A stretch of DNA of 64,000 nt from assembly GCF_004010195.1 (NCBI RefSeq), contig NC_057755.1:4746155-4810154 (forward strand). The letters run 5' to 3'. Shown here piece by piece: positions 12,801-26,209 of this stretch (its first letter is position 1; every line of letters starts with the position of its first letter). Position numbers and translations under genes: made by a program. Source of the DNA: Chiloscyllium plagiosum (taxonomy: Eukaryota). The notes beneath the pieces are model-generated. The model was not told the origin of the DNA and made no database searches. It worked only from the letters and a program-made list of their open reading frames with translations.

Positions 12801-13459
12801 TTGCTGTTCTTTTCTCATGCATCCGTTTGCCTTCCTTTTTTCCAGCCTTAACAACTCTCCAGCATTTCAGACACTCTTCTTAATTTATGTGGTTATTATC
12901 TTTCTGGTACGCATCGCATGAATTCTTTTCTTCCTCATTTCCTCATCAACGGCCGCAGTCGTCTGGGACACGTATAATTTGGATGCCCTGTCGTTATTTC
13001 TGAAAGGTGTGTACCTAGTTTTCACTCTATATATCACTCTTTTGAATGCCTCCCTTTTTGCAAACATTTCATTTATTGGCGAAAAATACAATGCTAATCA
13101 GCGTGTAAAAAAAATTTAGCTTTTTGACGCCAATAATCTGCCTTTTGTCTGCCTTGGATCTTAGTCATTGACTGACCTTTATCGCCTTTTTTCTCATTTA
13201 TGATTGTACCTTCTGACAGTGTGGTCACCATTTCCAAACGGTCATGCAGTCTGATGTTCTCCACTTCTCTGCTCCTGCCTTATTTTCCAGTAGCAAAGTC
13301 AACAGTGTGTCGCATCTGTAAGAACTGGAAATGTACTGTTCTAGAATGTTCTCCTGCACTCATTGCAGCAATATCTTCTTTTCCGTGTCCAACATTTTAT
13401 CCTTTGGCCCAGTCCTCTCTGGACTAATCAGAATTATCAACTATCACATATTACTTACA

Positions 13460-13890
13460 GTCATAGAATCAGAGAGATTTTCAGCATGGAAGCAGATCCT
13501 TTTGTCCAACCAGCTCATGCGAACTGGATATCCTAACCTAATCTAGTCCTATGTGCCAGCACTTGGCCCGTATCGCTAGAAACCATTCTTATTTATATAC
13601 CCATCCAGTTGTCTCTTAAATGTTGTAATTGTACCAGCCTACACCACTTCTTCTAGCAGCTCATTCCACACACGCACTAACCTCTGCGTGGAAAAGCTGC
13701 CCCTGAGGTCCCTTTGATATCTTTCCCCTCTCACCCTAAATTAATGCCCTCCAGTTCTGGACTCCTCCACCCCAGAGAAAATACCTTGTCTATTTACCCT
13801 ATCCATGCTCTTCATGAGTTTATAAACCTCACCCCTCAGCCTCTAACACTCAAGGAAAAACAGCCCTAGCCGATTCAGCCTCTCCCTCTA
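13460..13890 (-). mobile_element. CR1/HER1-like LINE 3' fragment
   Basis: Homologous to the 3' end of 4225-5476. Confidence 0.88.
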
Positions 13891-14020
13891 GCCCAAAACT
13901 GTGTTTTCTTAATTTTGTCTGCGACACCAGCGTGGGTTCATCTTTGCTAGGGAAGAATTCGAGCGCACAATAAGAGCAATCAGACCATCATGGTTCCTGG
14001 GGCGTAAAACTTATCGTGAA

Positions 14021-14130
14021 ACTTCTGAAGAAGGGTCAGACTCGCAACATTAACTGTTTCCCTCTTGACAGATGTTGCTGAGTTTCTCCAGTATTTTCAG
14101 TAGATTCAGTAGATTCCCAGCATCTGATAT
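14021..14130 (+). mobile_element. PLE-type terminal repeat with degenerate hammerhead core
   Basis: ttctgaagaagggtcagactcgcaacattaactg..cagatgttgctgagtttctccag. Confidence 0.55.
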
Positions 14131-15179
14131 ATGGTAATTTTATTCCTACATAATGTACTCATATACATACACATGGCAATTGAGCTATTTTGAACCATAC
14201 ACAGAAGAAAATGTGCAAATTGTACACGAAGTGTGATCCCTCAGTTTTAGCTGAATCAGAGAACTGTGGTTTGGTTTGTAGCCGAAGGCATGTGGAACCA
14301 TTTGATCTAAAATATCAGGATGTTTAGCACAAATGGGGTATGGTGAGATTTGTTTCTTGGAAATACTTGTAAAGATAATGACACAAAACTATGAAATGTT
14401 TGACAGCTGAGTAATGGCTGTAATTCTTTATGACAGTTTTGTATTCCCAGCATTTCAGAGACTAGTCCAACTCAGTATGGGATAATGGTGATCTCAAATG
14501 TATGACAAATGCGAATACAACGAGACCAAATTTGCTACGCAATTAGAAGTTATGATTCGATTCTCCCTTATTTTAGATTCATTGCTTGTTGCTAAATTGC
14601 AATTCCCACGACTTCAGACTAAAAAACGATTGTTACACACACCATTTTTCATGTCACGCTGAATAATTTACGATATCAGCAGTTGCAAATTGAGCATAAT
14701 TTTTCACATACACAAGTGTGAACTCTTGTATTGAAGATCGATACGAGGATGTTTAATAATGAGACAGCTGAAGATATTTGTGTCTGAGTTTTTACTCTGG
14801 ATGGGCTGGCAGTGACGTGGTAGGATTCATCCCAATTACATACAAGTGTAAATGCGTTCCTTTACTTTGATATTTCTGCAATAAGTGCAGATAATAACGC
14901 TCATTCCCATTGATCTCAGGTTCATTGTTATCTTTCTTGGGCCATTTGATTCTATTCTTAGTTACTACCAACTTATCTATTTACCTTAGCTCGTTTCTCC
15001 AATGATTGGATAGTGGCTGTAATAACGTCAGGAACTCAGTGGAACTGGGTGATTGCAACTGAACATTTATTTCTGAATGAGTGCACTTCGACGTATGGTC
15101 GGAAGTGTGCCAGATCAAGTTTAACTGAGCTGAATGTCAGGTGCTGCATTTCCGCAAGGAAAATCAACAGTTGTGGTGA

Positions 15180-16810
15180 GTGAGCTTGCAGATGACACCA
15201 ACATTGGAGGTGTAGTGGACAGCGAAGAAGATTACCTCAGATTACAATGATATATTGATCAGATAGGACAGTGGGCTGATGATTGGCAGATGGTGTTTAA
15301 TTTAGACAAATGTGAGGTGCTGCATTTTGGGAAAGCAAATCTTAGCACGACTTCCACACTTAATAGTATGGTCTGAGGACTGTAAGTTTCCTTACAGTAA
15401 TACTTAGAAGATCTTTGTGCCTCCTCCACAAACTAAGAAATGTGTATTGCATTTATCTTCTGCCTAAGAGGTTCAAGAGTGCAATTTCACTTCTGTTTGA
15501 AATGTCAACTGTTCCTGAACAAAGAGACCTTGGAGTGCAGGTTCATAGATCCTTGTAAGTAGGGTCACCGCTAGACAGGATAATGAAGAAGGAGTTTGGT
15601 ATGCTTTCCTTCATTGGTCAGAGTATTAAGTGCAGGAGTTGGGAGGACATGTTGCAGCTGTCCTCCAGGAGATTGGTTAGGCCACTTTTGGAATATTGTG
15701 TACACTGCTGGTCTCCCTCCTTTTGGAAAGATGTTGTGAAACTTGAAAGGGTTCAGAAAATTGTTCCAAGGATGTTGCCAAGGTTGGACGATATGAGCCA
15801 CAGGGAGAGGATGGATAGGGCTGGGGCTGTTTTCCTTGGAGCTTCAAAGGCTGAGAGGTGACCATTCAGAGGATGATAAAATCAAGAGAAGTATGGATAG
15901 GATAACTAGACAAAGTATCTTCCCTGGGATGGGGAAGTCCAGAACTAGAGGGGCATGGGTGTAGTTGAGAAATAAAAGAAATATAAAAGGCAACTTTTTC
16001 ACGCAGAGCGTGGTACATGTATGGAATGAGCTGCCAGAGAAAGTGGTGGAGGCTGGTACAATCACAACATTTAACAACCATCTGGATGGGTACATGAATA
16101 AGAAGAGTTTAGAGGGATATGGGCTGGGTGCTTGCAAATGGGAGTAGATCAGGTTGGGATATCTGGTCAGCATGGACGAGTTGGACCGAAGGGTTTGTTT
16201 CTGTGCTGTACATCTCTATGACTCTATTAATCAAGTTAAGGAACTTGGGGGCTGTTGCAGGACAGAGATACTTGGTGTGTAGGTTCACAGTTTCTTGAAA
16301 GTGGATTCGCAGGTGGACACGATAATGAAGAAGGCATTTGGTCCAGTTGCCTTTATTGATCGGTGAAACTGATGTAGGTTTTGTGAAGAGCTGAAAATGT
16401 GTTGCTGGAAAAGCGCAGCAGGTCAGGCAGCATCCAAGGAGCAGGAGAAATCGACGTTTCAGGCATGAGCCCTTCTTCACGGAATGAGGAAAGTGTGCCC
16501 AGCAGGCTAAGGTAAAAGGTAGGGAGGAGGGACTTGGGGGAGGGGCGTTGGAAATGCCATAGGTGGAAGGAGGCCAAGGTGACGGTGATAGGAGGTGCAG
16601 GTGAATTTGTGGCGGATATGGAAGGATCCCTTGGGGCCTTGGAGGGAAGTAAGGGGGGAGGTGTGGGCGCAAGTTTTGCATTGCAGGTTTTGTGAAGACG
16701 TGTTGCCAATGTACAGGACATTCTTTAGACCAGTTTTGGAAAATTGTGTTCAATTATGATCTCCTTGCAGCAAGAAGGATGTTGTGAAACTTGAAAGGGT
16801 ACAGAAACGT
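15180..16810 (+). mobile_element. CR1/HER1-like LINE fragments (two adjacent pieces, nested PLE insertion at 16390-16684)
   Basis: ADDTNIGGVVDS at ~15188; ORFs 15583-15861 and 15965-16147; tail ctctatgactct at ~16215; second piece 16240-16810. Confidence 0.88.
16390..16684 (-). mobile_element. PLE fragment (Zn-finger/GIY-YIG piece + hammerhead terminal repeat) with 14-bp TSD
   Basis: TSD aggttttgtgaaga at 16376-16389 and 16685-16698; rc encodes CKTCAHTSPLTSLQGPKGSFHIRHKFTCTS; rc has gtgaagaagggctcatgcctgaaacgtc. Confidence 0.88.
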
Positions 16811-16814
16811 GTGC

Positions 16815-17190
16815 CTTTCCTATACACTGTTGTGGTGCCTTCTGTGTTCTTTGTGCCATCACATCCAGCAATGGGAGTTCATTGTTGGTTTCCTTCTCTC
16901 TCATAAACCTGATCTATGTGAGCATGGTGTTGATAATCTGGTGTGTACCAAGATGTGTGAGCCATTGATCTGTTCACATATTTGGTTGTTGAATGCGAAG
17001 TGTGTGGTCAAGCACAGGTGTAATAGTTTGAGTCCTTGTTGAAATGTTCTCCGTCGTGTTGTCTGTTCTGTCTGTCCAGGAGTTTGGCTATTGTCTCTCT
17101 GGTAAGATATTTGTCAATTGAAGTGAACAGTGGCATTATATCGAATGATGTCCTTCTCTGTGTTTCTGTTCTTCACGTTGTCTAGGATTA
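16815..17190 (-). mobile_element. PLE reverse transcriptase fragment
   Basis: rc translates TSFDIMPLFTSID (SFDVxxLFTxI motif) and LHLCLTTHFAFNNQI. Confidence 0.7.
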
Positions 17191-17449
17191 ATACGGTTGA
17201 GAAAGATCTTTTTTCAATCATGGACTTATGAATGGTACATTGGAAAATTCACAAACATGACATACAAACAGATTCCAAGGTCCTGGAAATATGGATAGAA
17301 TGATAAAGTCAGTCTGTCCAGAAAGAAAGATCGCATGGTGGCCTTCAGACAAAAAACGGTCGACTTGTGCACTTTAGCCATTGGTTGCATTCAGCTAGTC
17401 CTGACAAGACCAGTGCTTTCTTGCCTGGGGCTGATTGGTGAGAGGTTAG

Positions 17450-17725
17450 ATGCGTAAGGAGAGACGGGAAAGATTTAAAAGGGTCCGAAGGAGCAATCTT
17501 TTTCATGCAGAGAGTGGTGACCATATGGGATGAACTGCCAGAGGAAGTGACGGAGGTAGCTATAATTAGGATTGTTTTTAAAAAAAAAGCATCTGGCTGT
17601 GTGCATGAATAGGAAGTGTGCAGACGGCTATGCACCAAGTGCTGACAAATGAGACGATGCCCGTCTATGTTTGGTCTGCAAGGACGAGTTGAAACGAAGG
17701 GTCTGTTTCTGTGCCACGTGACTCA
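17450..17725 (+). mobile_element. CR1-like LINE 3' fragment
   Basis: FFMQRVVTIWDELPEEV motif plus 3' UTR gaagggtctgtttctgtg. Confidence 0.75.
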
Positions 17726-18294
17726 GTTCTTTAGAATGCTAACAGTGGCGAACAAACTGTTCTGGAACCTGCTGGCACGCATGCGCAAGCTTTTGTACCT
17801 TCTACCCGACTGAAGATGTTGGAAAAGGGTTTAACTGGGGTGCAAAGACACTTTGTTATGTGGCCTTTGGAAATGTATTGCCATTCCTTCACTGTCATTA
17901 GGTCAAAACAGAAGAAATGCCACTCTACTGTATTGTTAACCTGTCGTCTGCACATGACCTGCAGTGGTTCAAGAAGGAACTTCCACATTCACAACCACAG
18001 CTATGGATGGGCAATAAATATTGGTCCAGTCAGAGACGCCCACGTTCCACGAAAGAATATATTTTAAAAAAAAATATTTGCAACCAGCGAATTAATCATT
18101 TGATGGGTTACAAACACGCATTTCCCTGAAAAAAAAAATGATATTTTGGCAGAAAGGATATTTGCAAAGAGGTACATATCTTGCATGTGTCACGTGGTGG
18201 GAACAAGCTCCAATTGCTACCTGGAGAGGGAAAGGCCAGAGCTATTCTGAAGACTTCTTGCAGACGACGAGACAAAAGATCATTCATTTTACTG

Positions 18295-18426
18295 GAAACG
18301 AGGAAATGAGGAGTGCAGATGCTGGAGAGTCAGGGTCGAATTTGATTCTGGAAAAGCACGGCAGATGAGGCAGCATGCGAGGAGCAGGAAAGTCTACGTT
18401 TTGGGCGTAAACGCTTCATCAGTTCT
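18295..18426 (-). mobile_element. PLE hammerhead terminal repeat, diverged
   Basis: rc ctgatgaagcgtttacgcccaaaacgtag..ctgctcctcgcatgctgcct; probable TSD tcattcatttta/tcattcctttta (18280-18291, 18427-18438). Confidence 0.75.
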
Positions 18427-19689
18427 TCATTCCTTTTATGGATATGAGTAATGTAATTGGAGGTTGGTTCCGAATTTTAAAGATGCTGTGTTCCCTTTGA
18501 TAAGTTTGTGTGGTTATAAAACATGACAGTGTTTGACTGACAAATTTCAAAGTGCCTATGACAGTTGGACCTCTGACAACACTGTATAGCTGTCGTTCAC
18601 AGGTTAATTTGCATTGACGTGATTAAATTAGTAATGATGTGGTGATTTTGCTTTGGTAAATTATTATGACAGTAGGGCAAGAGGGTGACTGAATAGCTGA
18701 TCTTTTTATTTCAGGAAAACTGAAGTCATACCGTCCGAGATTGTACATTGGGCGAAAGGGTGCTTTGGGTTTCATAATCGCTTTTTAACATTGTGTTAAC
18801 ATCTCAGCATCTTGGCAAACAGTATCATTTGCATGGATTTTAACCTTCCCAGTTTCACAGAGAAGTTTTGCAATATAAGTCAGAGATTCTTTCATTGTTT
18901 TATAATCCAACTGTGCAATTTGAATTTCATTCAGCAGCAAGAAGTGAAAACATCGCAGTGAATCTTTATCAACAACAAATATCGATAAAATAGAATGTCA
19001 ATCTCAGAATTGGCCTATCGATAACATGATTGTAATAAAGATCATCTAAACACGGTAAGCATTGTGATAACCTCATGGAGTTGCAAACACAAGAAGCAGG
19101 TTTTTCATGATCACATGGTCACGGTTGGGTTAAGAGGAATTGCCCTTGACTGATGCCCAGTGTTTTTGAAAACAGCTGATCAGAGGTGGACACGTGTCCA
19201 ATAAGAGCAATAAGATGTGAAGACTAGTCCGCCAAGTTTATTAACTTGACCAATGGTGCCAAGCAGACTTCTGTCAGATGGATATTCTCAAACAGGAGAT
19301 GAGATGCGCATGAGTATTGTAGGCAAGGCCTTCTGCACAACTCGTCCAATGGAGCTGCATGATATGCAGGAAATGCGTCACACGGAAATGTAGGATCTCA
19401 AGGGCTGCTGGGTGTGAGGTAATGTGATGGGAGGCGTTTTGTGATGAGTTCCGTCATTTCAAACTTGGGATTCCCGGAAATAAGGGTCTGTGGGTGTCAG
19501 AATGATCAAGGGCTTTCAAATGAAAGAAAAGTTACAGAGGCAGAGAACAATGTCACAGCAGAATATGTTTACGTTGTGACTGAATAGTACACTGCCCATC
19601 ATTTCCACTGTTTCACTTAATTCGTTTTGTCCTTTAATGAGACGTTTACAAGGAGCTAATCTGACAAGGTGAGAATCGAAATTTTTTTT

Positions 19690-19995
19690 TAGATTACTTA
19701 CAGTGTGGAAACACGCCCTCTGGCCCAACAAATCGACACCGACCCGCCGAAGCGCAACCCACCCAAACCCATTCCCCCACACTCTGCCCCTTCACCTAAC
19801 ACTATGGGCAATTTAGCAGGGCCAATCCACCTAACCTGTACATCTTTAGACTGTGGGAGTAAACCAGAGCAAACTCACGCAGACACGGGGAGAACGTGCA
19901 AACTCCACTCAGTCAGTCGCCTGAGGCAGGAATTGAACCCGGGTCTCTGGCGCTGTGAGGCAACAGTGCTAGCCACTGTGCCACCGTGCTGCCCA
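19690..19995 (-). mobile_element. HE1-like SINE, full length
   Basis: rc starts gggcagcacggtggcacagtggctagc (A box), B box ggttcaattcc, core and aatcta tail. Confidence 0.92.
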
Positions 19996-21286
19996 TAAAA
20001 AATCTTGGAGGAGCCAATATTCCTCACGTTCACCATCCTCACCGTCACGTCGTGCCCCCACATTCATTTCAGCAAAATCTAAACACCGTTGCAACTTAAG
20101 TGATGTTGAACTGATCCTCATATTTGAAAGCCGCAGACTGGAAATGCTGTGACACAGCCGGCTCACTCTCAGATGTGCAGCGTTTTTCATTCATTGTATA
20201 AGGTATGCAACTAGAGATTTCAGCGCAATCTTGATTTCCTGCCTGAACTTGGACTGAGTTGCTGTGTAATATCATTTGTTTGTTTAGGAACTCAACCCCC
20301 ACAGCAATGTATCTGCATTCTTCAAATACTACTTCGGAATTTGTGCAGTCTAGTCCTTGAATGGCATAGTAGAAGTCATTCAGAAAAATTAACTACCAGA
20401 GGAGTGTCAATCTGGGGTATATTGGCGTGGGGCGGTGATTGAATATAAGTCTAACCTATAGAGAAGGAGCGAGGCATTGACTTACTTTCGATCTAACCAA
20501 CAGACAGAGAGATAGACGTTAACTGATGACAGGTCTGACAAACAGAGGGCTGGGTGAAGACTGATGGTCAGTCTGACCATGAGAGAGAGAGAGAGAGAGA
20601 GAGCACCGTTGCTACAGAAAAATATCTGGGGGATCACTTTCAAAACAAGGCAAAACTGAGGGAAACACAAACACACACACGCATGCACAAAACACACACA
20701 AACATACATAGATACACCACAGACACACAGACACATACACAGCATATGTTTCTATTCTAATATTAGTGAATATCAGAAAAAAAACAGATTAGTTGGATGA
20801 TGGTTTAGTCAGTGAAATCTATTTTCTTTCTGGGACTTGAATCCTGGACTCTCAAGTTAAAAATAATGAGACTGAAGACTGAATTAGGAAAAACTAAAAC
20901 ACTATTTGCTATTGAGATTGAATTATATCCAAAAGATGAAATTCGGGTGTTGAAAGGAGACAAGAACACCAAACCAAATGGGAAATGACAAGCTAAAAGT
21001 TTGGAAGAATAAATCAAAAAGGGGTGATGGAAGAAGAATGGCAAGAGAGCAAATAAAGTGACAAAGTGTGCAAAGTGCAAACTCGAGATTTTCATTCGCT
21101 GCTTTAACTTGAAAATATCATATTGTACTTCTTCTACCATCAACCTGCATATGTCCACCCCAAAACAGGCAGTTTTCATCTCAACGTGAGCATTTTCTCG
21201 TCAATCAGATGCTGCTGCTTGAAAGGCACAACAGGAGACCACATTTCTGAGTAATTCAGAAAGGTAAGCAAAGTTACATCATGGTG

Positions 21287-21488
21287 AAGTGTGGCGCTGG
21301 AAAAAAGCACAGCAAGTCAGGCAGCATTTGAGGAGCGGGGAGTCGACGTTTTGGGCATCCTGAGGAAGGGCTTACACTTGAAATGTCGACTCTCCTGCGC
21401 CTTGGACGCTGCCTGACCTGCTGTGCTTTTCCATCGCTACACTTTTCGATTCTGATCTCCAACATCTGCAGTCCTCATTTTCCTCCAA
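21287..21488. mobile_element. Fold-back pair of PLE hammerhead terminal repeats with 9-bp TSD
   Basis: Minus arm 21287-21358 and plus arm 21359-21486 are reverse complements over the gtcgac..ccagc core; TSD atcatggtg at 21278-21286 and 21489-21497. Confidence 0.88.
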
Positions 21489-21499
21489 ATCATGGTGCA

Positions 21500-23700
21500 A
21501 TAAAGCAGAAGCAATCTTAAAGCAACGGTGTGCAAATTCTGGTGTTGCAGACAGCGAAAGGTATTACAAAAAACGAGCAAGTCATGCAAGCTTTCACAGG
21601 TCTTTGATTATTCCCATCATGACGTAATTCCCCCTTCCGCCTCTGTTCTGGGAATATCAGATTTAACCTCGTGGATAATCTTCTCCTCATCAGCAACCCT
21701 GCTGGAGCTGTCCGTGTAGTTGTGTGAGGTTTAATCGCTTCATCAAACGGGAACCGACACTGTTTGTTCAGCCTGCCTTCAAAGTTGGGAAGGCTTTTTC
21801 CCGCCAAACTATTGGATGATGGACAGCATGAAGTTGACGGACATGCACAAAACCATTCATCTTTTGGAAGTACTCAAAATCGTTGTTGGTAAATGATGTC
21901 CCAATGTCCGTGGCCAATACTTCAGAATCAGTGTATCATGAACGATGCTCGCAGCTTTTCAATCATTATCCCTGAATTGTCAATGCATTGTGCACGCACG
22001 CTAAAAAGTTGAATGGGCATATACAATAGCCAAGAGCATTGGGCTCTTGAAAGGACCGGCACAGTGGCGGGTATTCATACCAAGTGTTTCCCTCGCCATT
22101 TCCATGAATTTGGCAGTCCTGCTGGTAGCATTCTTTGCCCTTGCAGGTGCTGTGGGCGCTGCTCCCCTATGTTGGCATCTAATCCTGGCCACCAGACATA
22201 ACCTCTCGCCAACATCTTCATGTTGGTCACCCCTGGATGATGATGGTGGAGTTCAGCCAGCGTCTTGAGGAGACTTTTGCTCAGGACAATAACCATTGAT
22301 CCCCACATTAAAAAAAAAACCATCGTCGACGGCGAGTATTTGGGACTTATCCATCTGCAAGAAGCAGTTTACTGTTTGTTTCAAATCCCCTCAGAGGTAA
22401 ACCGACCTATCTTCTTCACAACCAGTGCGACTGGTGCTACCCATCTTGCAAACTGGACTTGTTTGATGAATGCTTCACTTACAATCCTCCTGATTTCTGC
22501 TTCTGCTGTCAGCCATTGGGCACTGGGCGGGCCTTTTGTAATCATGGACTCGCTTCTTGGTCAACATGCAAGGAGGCTTTGTCTCGTTTGATAATCCCTA
22601 GAGCTTCCTGAAAATCCTCCGGGTGATTATTTGCGACTGTATTCAGCCAACCATTTTCGAACAGCAAAATGCTGAAACAATCGAGGTGATTTTCTTCTCA
22701 ACCAATCCCGCCCCAACTGTCTTGGGTGCGAGCCTTTTGCTAAAATCGCTGGTAACTGAAGCAGCTGCCTAATCATACTAAACCATAACTTAAGTTGTAT
22801 CCTTAACCTGGAAGGTTTCCACACTGTCGGTTCTCAGTCGAGTCGAGGTCTTAAACAAACTTAATTTGGAGTTCAGAGGGCAGTTTCTTAAAGACAAACA
22901 ACTTCAATCAATGATATGGCCGCACCAGCACTATACTGCATTAGAGCTGGGTGACCATTTCAACAGGTACTTACTTTGGTCAGTTCTGGATTGTGAGCTG
23001 CAATGCAATTGAATTCTTGCAAGCCAGGTGTAGGTGGGCTTCCCGGAGTGTGCACTCCCCTGGATACTGGCCTATGAGCTCTCTTACTCAATTCTGGCCC
23101 AGTGGGACTCTTTTTTTTTCTGTCTCAAGATCTTATTCCAGCAACTTCTGCATTGTCTTTCCGACCCAGGTCCTGAGGAAAGCATGAACCACTTGACAAA
23201 GACTTGGCTTTACCTTCTAGTGTTCCTGTGGGCTGATCTGGAGACCCTCTGTCCACGATATGCCCTGAGTGAAGCTGTGTAATTGCCTCCACTCAAGCGG
23301 TATTCCTCAGCGCAGTTATTCTTGCGATGCTGGCTATTTGCACTGACATACCCTGCAAATGTTATGCTCCACTTGCTGCATTTCCGGTTGACATGGCCTA
23401 TTGAAGTGCCTGTTTGAAGTCCAGTGTGGCTTCAGTGAGTAAGTGCTTTTGCAAGGTTATGTCATTCATCCCACTGACACTGAGGCCACAATCCCGTCAC
23501 CAATTGACCCTTTATTTACACGTGGGAACCTTTTTATGTTGCTCCAGCTTCTTCACACCAAGCTGGTAATGAACAGAACTCTGACACTCCCATTTATTTT
23601 AGTCAGCCAGGGCTCCCTGATTGGATCAGGTTAACAGCTCCAAACACGGAAGTCATTCTATGAAATCGAGATGGCTAACTTTATTATAATCACGGCACCA
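21500..23700 (-). mobile_element. Ty3/Gypsy LTR retrotransposon relic (LTR, gag/pro/RT pieces, integrase)
   Basis: Integrase HHCC region LHHHHPGVTNMKMLARGYVWWPGLD (22075-22323) and core CAGPF..LAIVYAHS (22001-22192); LTR-like 23480-23700 shared with 52770-53290. Confidence 0.85.
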
Positions 23701-24243
23701 ACTGCATTCCAGTTGGCATCTAACCCCTCCACACTTGGTTGCCTACGTGCCTGGTACCTTAGCACTCAAGCCACCTTGCACCCCTACTAACCTGGTGTCT
23801 CACTTCATTCCCCCTTGGTCAAATTACTCTTACAACACTAGCAAATCATCCTTCCTGCATGTCACAAAACTGCTTCTTGTTTCCTAAAACCTGGTCCATT
23901 TCCCAAGGATGGTAGTCCTTGTTTTTTTTTTCCAGAGATGTCATAAATGCTAATGGTGCCTATTAGAATGGTTCGGTACAACGATTATAGGGTACTGAGA
24001 GACCTTTTTGCTTTTTTATGTAAATAGATGAGACTTCAAGCCAAGGTGGTCATGTTCTGGAAGTTACTTGCATAATGAAAGGGTCCAGCTGAGCTGTTCA
24101 GTTCAGTCCAGATCTAGTTCCAGATCTAGAACAGCGCGCTGTGCGAAAACTCTCTCTCTCTCCTTCTGCCCTTCTAAGTGGATCGTGCAGCCATCTGTTC
24201 CATTTCATTTACTGATTTTTAAGGGGGTTTGCTTATTGGGACT

Positions 24244-24550
24244 AGATTAGATTAGATTACATTACAGCGTGGAAACAGGCCCTTCGGCCCAACAAGGCCA
24301 CACTGACCCGCCACCCACCCATGCCCCTATATTTACCCCTTACATAATATTACGGGCAATTTAGTATGGCCAATTTACCTGACCTGCACTTCTTTGGACT
24401 GTGGGAGGAAACCGGAGCACCCGGAGGAAAACCACGCAGACACGGGGAGAATGTGCAAACTCCACACAGTCAGTCGCCTGAGGCGGAATTGAACCCGGAT
24501 CACAGGCGCTGTGAGGCAGCAGTGCCAACCACTGTGCCACCGTGCCGCCC
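24244..24550 (-). mobile_element. HE1-like SINE nested in LTR
   Basis: rc head gggcggcacggtggcacagtggttggc, B box, core, (taatc)n tail. Confidence 0.93.
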
Positions 24551-25199
24551 ACCTGTTGTGTATATTCAGAACAGCATAATTAAGTCTAGTTTGGATAGAC
24601 AGAGTTCATAGGGGTTCCTTATTCTGTTTCGTTATGTAACATTGTGAATTTTTTTTGTGTGTTTGAAAACCTGGTCGTCAAAATGAATGGCTTCCTCCGT
24701 GTAATTCTTACTCTACATATACTGACACAGATTGCAAAGTTATGATCTGGGTTGGCTTCCCAAGGATGTTTTGAGTGACCTGCCCTACTCCATAACAGAT
24801 TCGGGGGACTTTGCGGGATTTTGAAGAGAAAGTGGTAGGTGCTGGTGTTTTTATTTCACGTGTTGGATTGGTTGGGTAGACAAAGCTTGGGATAGCAATA
24901 GCTCTTTTGTCGCTAAAACGTTTCTGGAGGTGGATCTGGTGACCTTGAACGTTTTGTAAAAGATGAATAAGACCAAGTTGCAGGAATTAGCAGACCAGCT
25001 GTAATTGGAGCTGCCTGCCTCTGTAAGGAAAGTAGAGGTAATTACAGCAGTAGCTGAGCATTTGAACTTGCTGGAGAAACCATCAGAATCTATAGAGATG
25101 GCAAGAATTCAATTGCAAATGAAGCAGCTTGAGTTAGAGGCGAGAGAAAAGGAAAGGGCAGCAGAAATGAAACAGCTTGAGTGACGATTAAAAGCAGCA

Positions 25200-25406
25200 G
25201 CAGATCACCCAAAACATCCTTGGGAAGTCAACCCAGATCATAACTTTGCAATTTGTTTTAGTATGTGTACAGTAAGAATTACACGGAGGAAGCCATTCAT
25301 TTTGACGACCAGGTTTTCAAACACACACAAAAAAAATCACAATGTTACATAACGAAACAGAATAAAGGATCCCTATGAACTCTGTCTATCCAAACCAGAC
25401 TTAATT
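25200..25406 (-). repeat. Inverted duplicate of LTR segment 24578-24783 inserted in gag
   Basis: Reverse-complement match, e.g. aaaacatccttgggaag vs cttcccaaggatgtttt and ttgacgaccaggttttcaaacacac vs gtgtgtttgaaaacctggtcgtcaa. Confidence 0.93.
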
Positions 25407-26209
25407 TGAACTTCAAAAGCTGACACTTAAAAGAGAAAGTCAGTTTAAAAGGCAGGAGACACAGGTTGAAGACAGCATTAGCGAGGAAATAATGCGAACT
25501 CATGTGGAAGAGCAGACAGTTAGAATGGCAAGGTTAACAGCTGAAGCGGCTGCTCCATAGACAGTGGTTTTATGGGCTGGTCCATAAAACTCGGTTTGGC
25601 TTCCAGAATCAATTTCAGTCCCCAGAGGAACAGAAATTGTGACAAAGGGAAATCCTGATGTGGAAAACGAAAAAGTAGATCACCAGTGAAGATCATAAGG
25701 ATAACTTACCGCAGGGTAAGAAGGAAACCATTCCGGGAGACAAAGAAGTTGCAAAGCTCCAATGTTCTATTTGTAATAAAGTGGGCGGCACGAAATCACA
25801 GTGTTGGTGGGCTTGGAGAAAGCTTTACTTTTCTATTATTTATCCAACATTTTGTAGCTAGAGACCTTTGATAGTGTTGGAAATGGCGAAAATCCACGAT
25901 TTTCGCTGCACTCATGTACTCCTTTACTTGAGTACACGTGACAATATAATTTAGCTCTACTTCTCGGGGAATTAGTGGAATTTCAGTCATCAACACAGAT
26001 TCTGTTGAGCTCAGAGGAAAGTGATATATTTGCTGCTTGTTTAATGTATGACTAATGTAGCTCGTGATTCAAACAGATTTAGCGTCTCAAAGGACGTTCA
26101 GCTTCCACATGAGATGAGATTGTCTTGCCCATGTTATTGTATTTCAGCGGACAGAATCATTGTCTCCATAGCAACAAACAGACCTGCGTGGAACAGAATG
26201 AAATAGGAA

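Larger units (their letters stand above)
23900..25800 (+). mobile_element. Gmr1-like Gypsy 5' LTR, degenerate PBS and gag relic
   Basis: 23940-24797 homologous to LTR 63150-63736, ending cataaca; cgggggactttgcgggat (24802-24819) matches 12/18 of a tRNA-Pro-type PBS; gag-like KTKLQELADQL..MARIQLQMKQLELEAREKE. Confidence 0.8.

Noticed and set aside
19290..19490. Promoter-like motifs (tgcgcatg, ccggaaat)
   Set aside because: Short motifs, no CpG island and no linked exon
20800..21270. Purine-rich segment ending in a strong donor (aaag|gtaagc)
   Set aside because: Stops in the + frames examined and no recognisable homology
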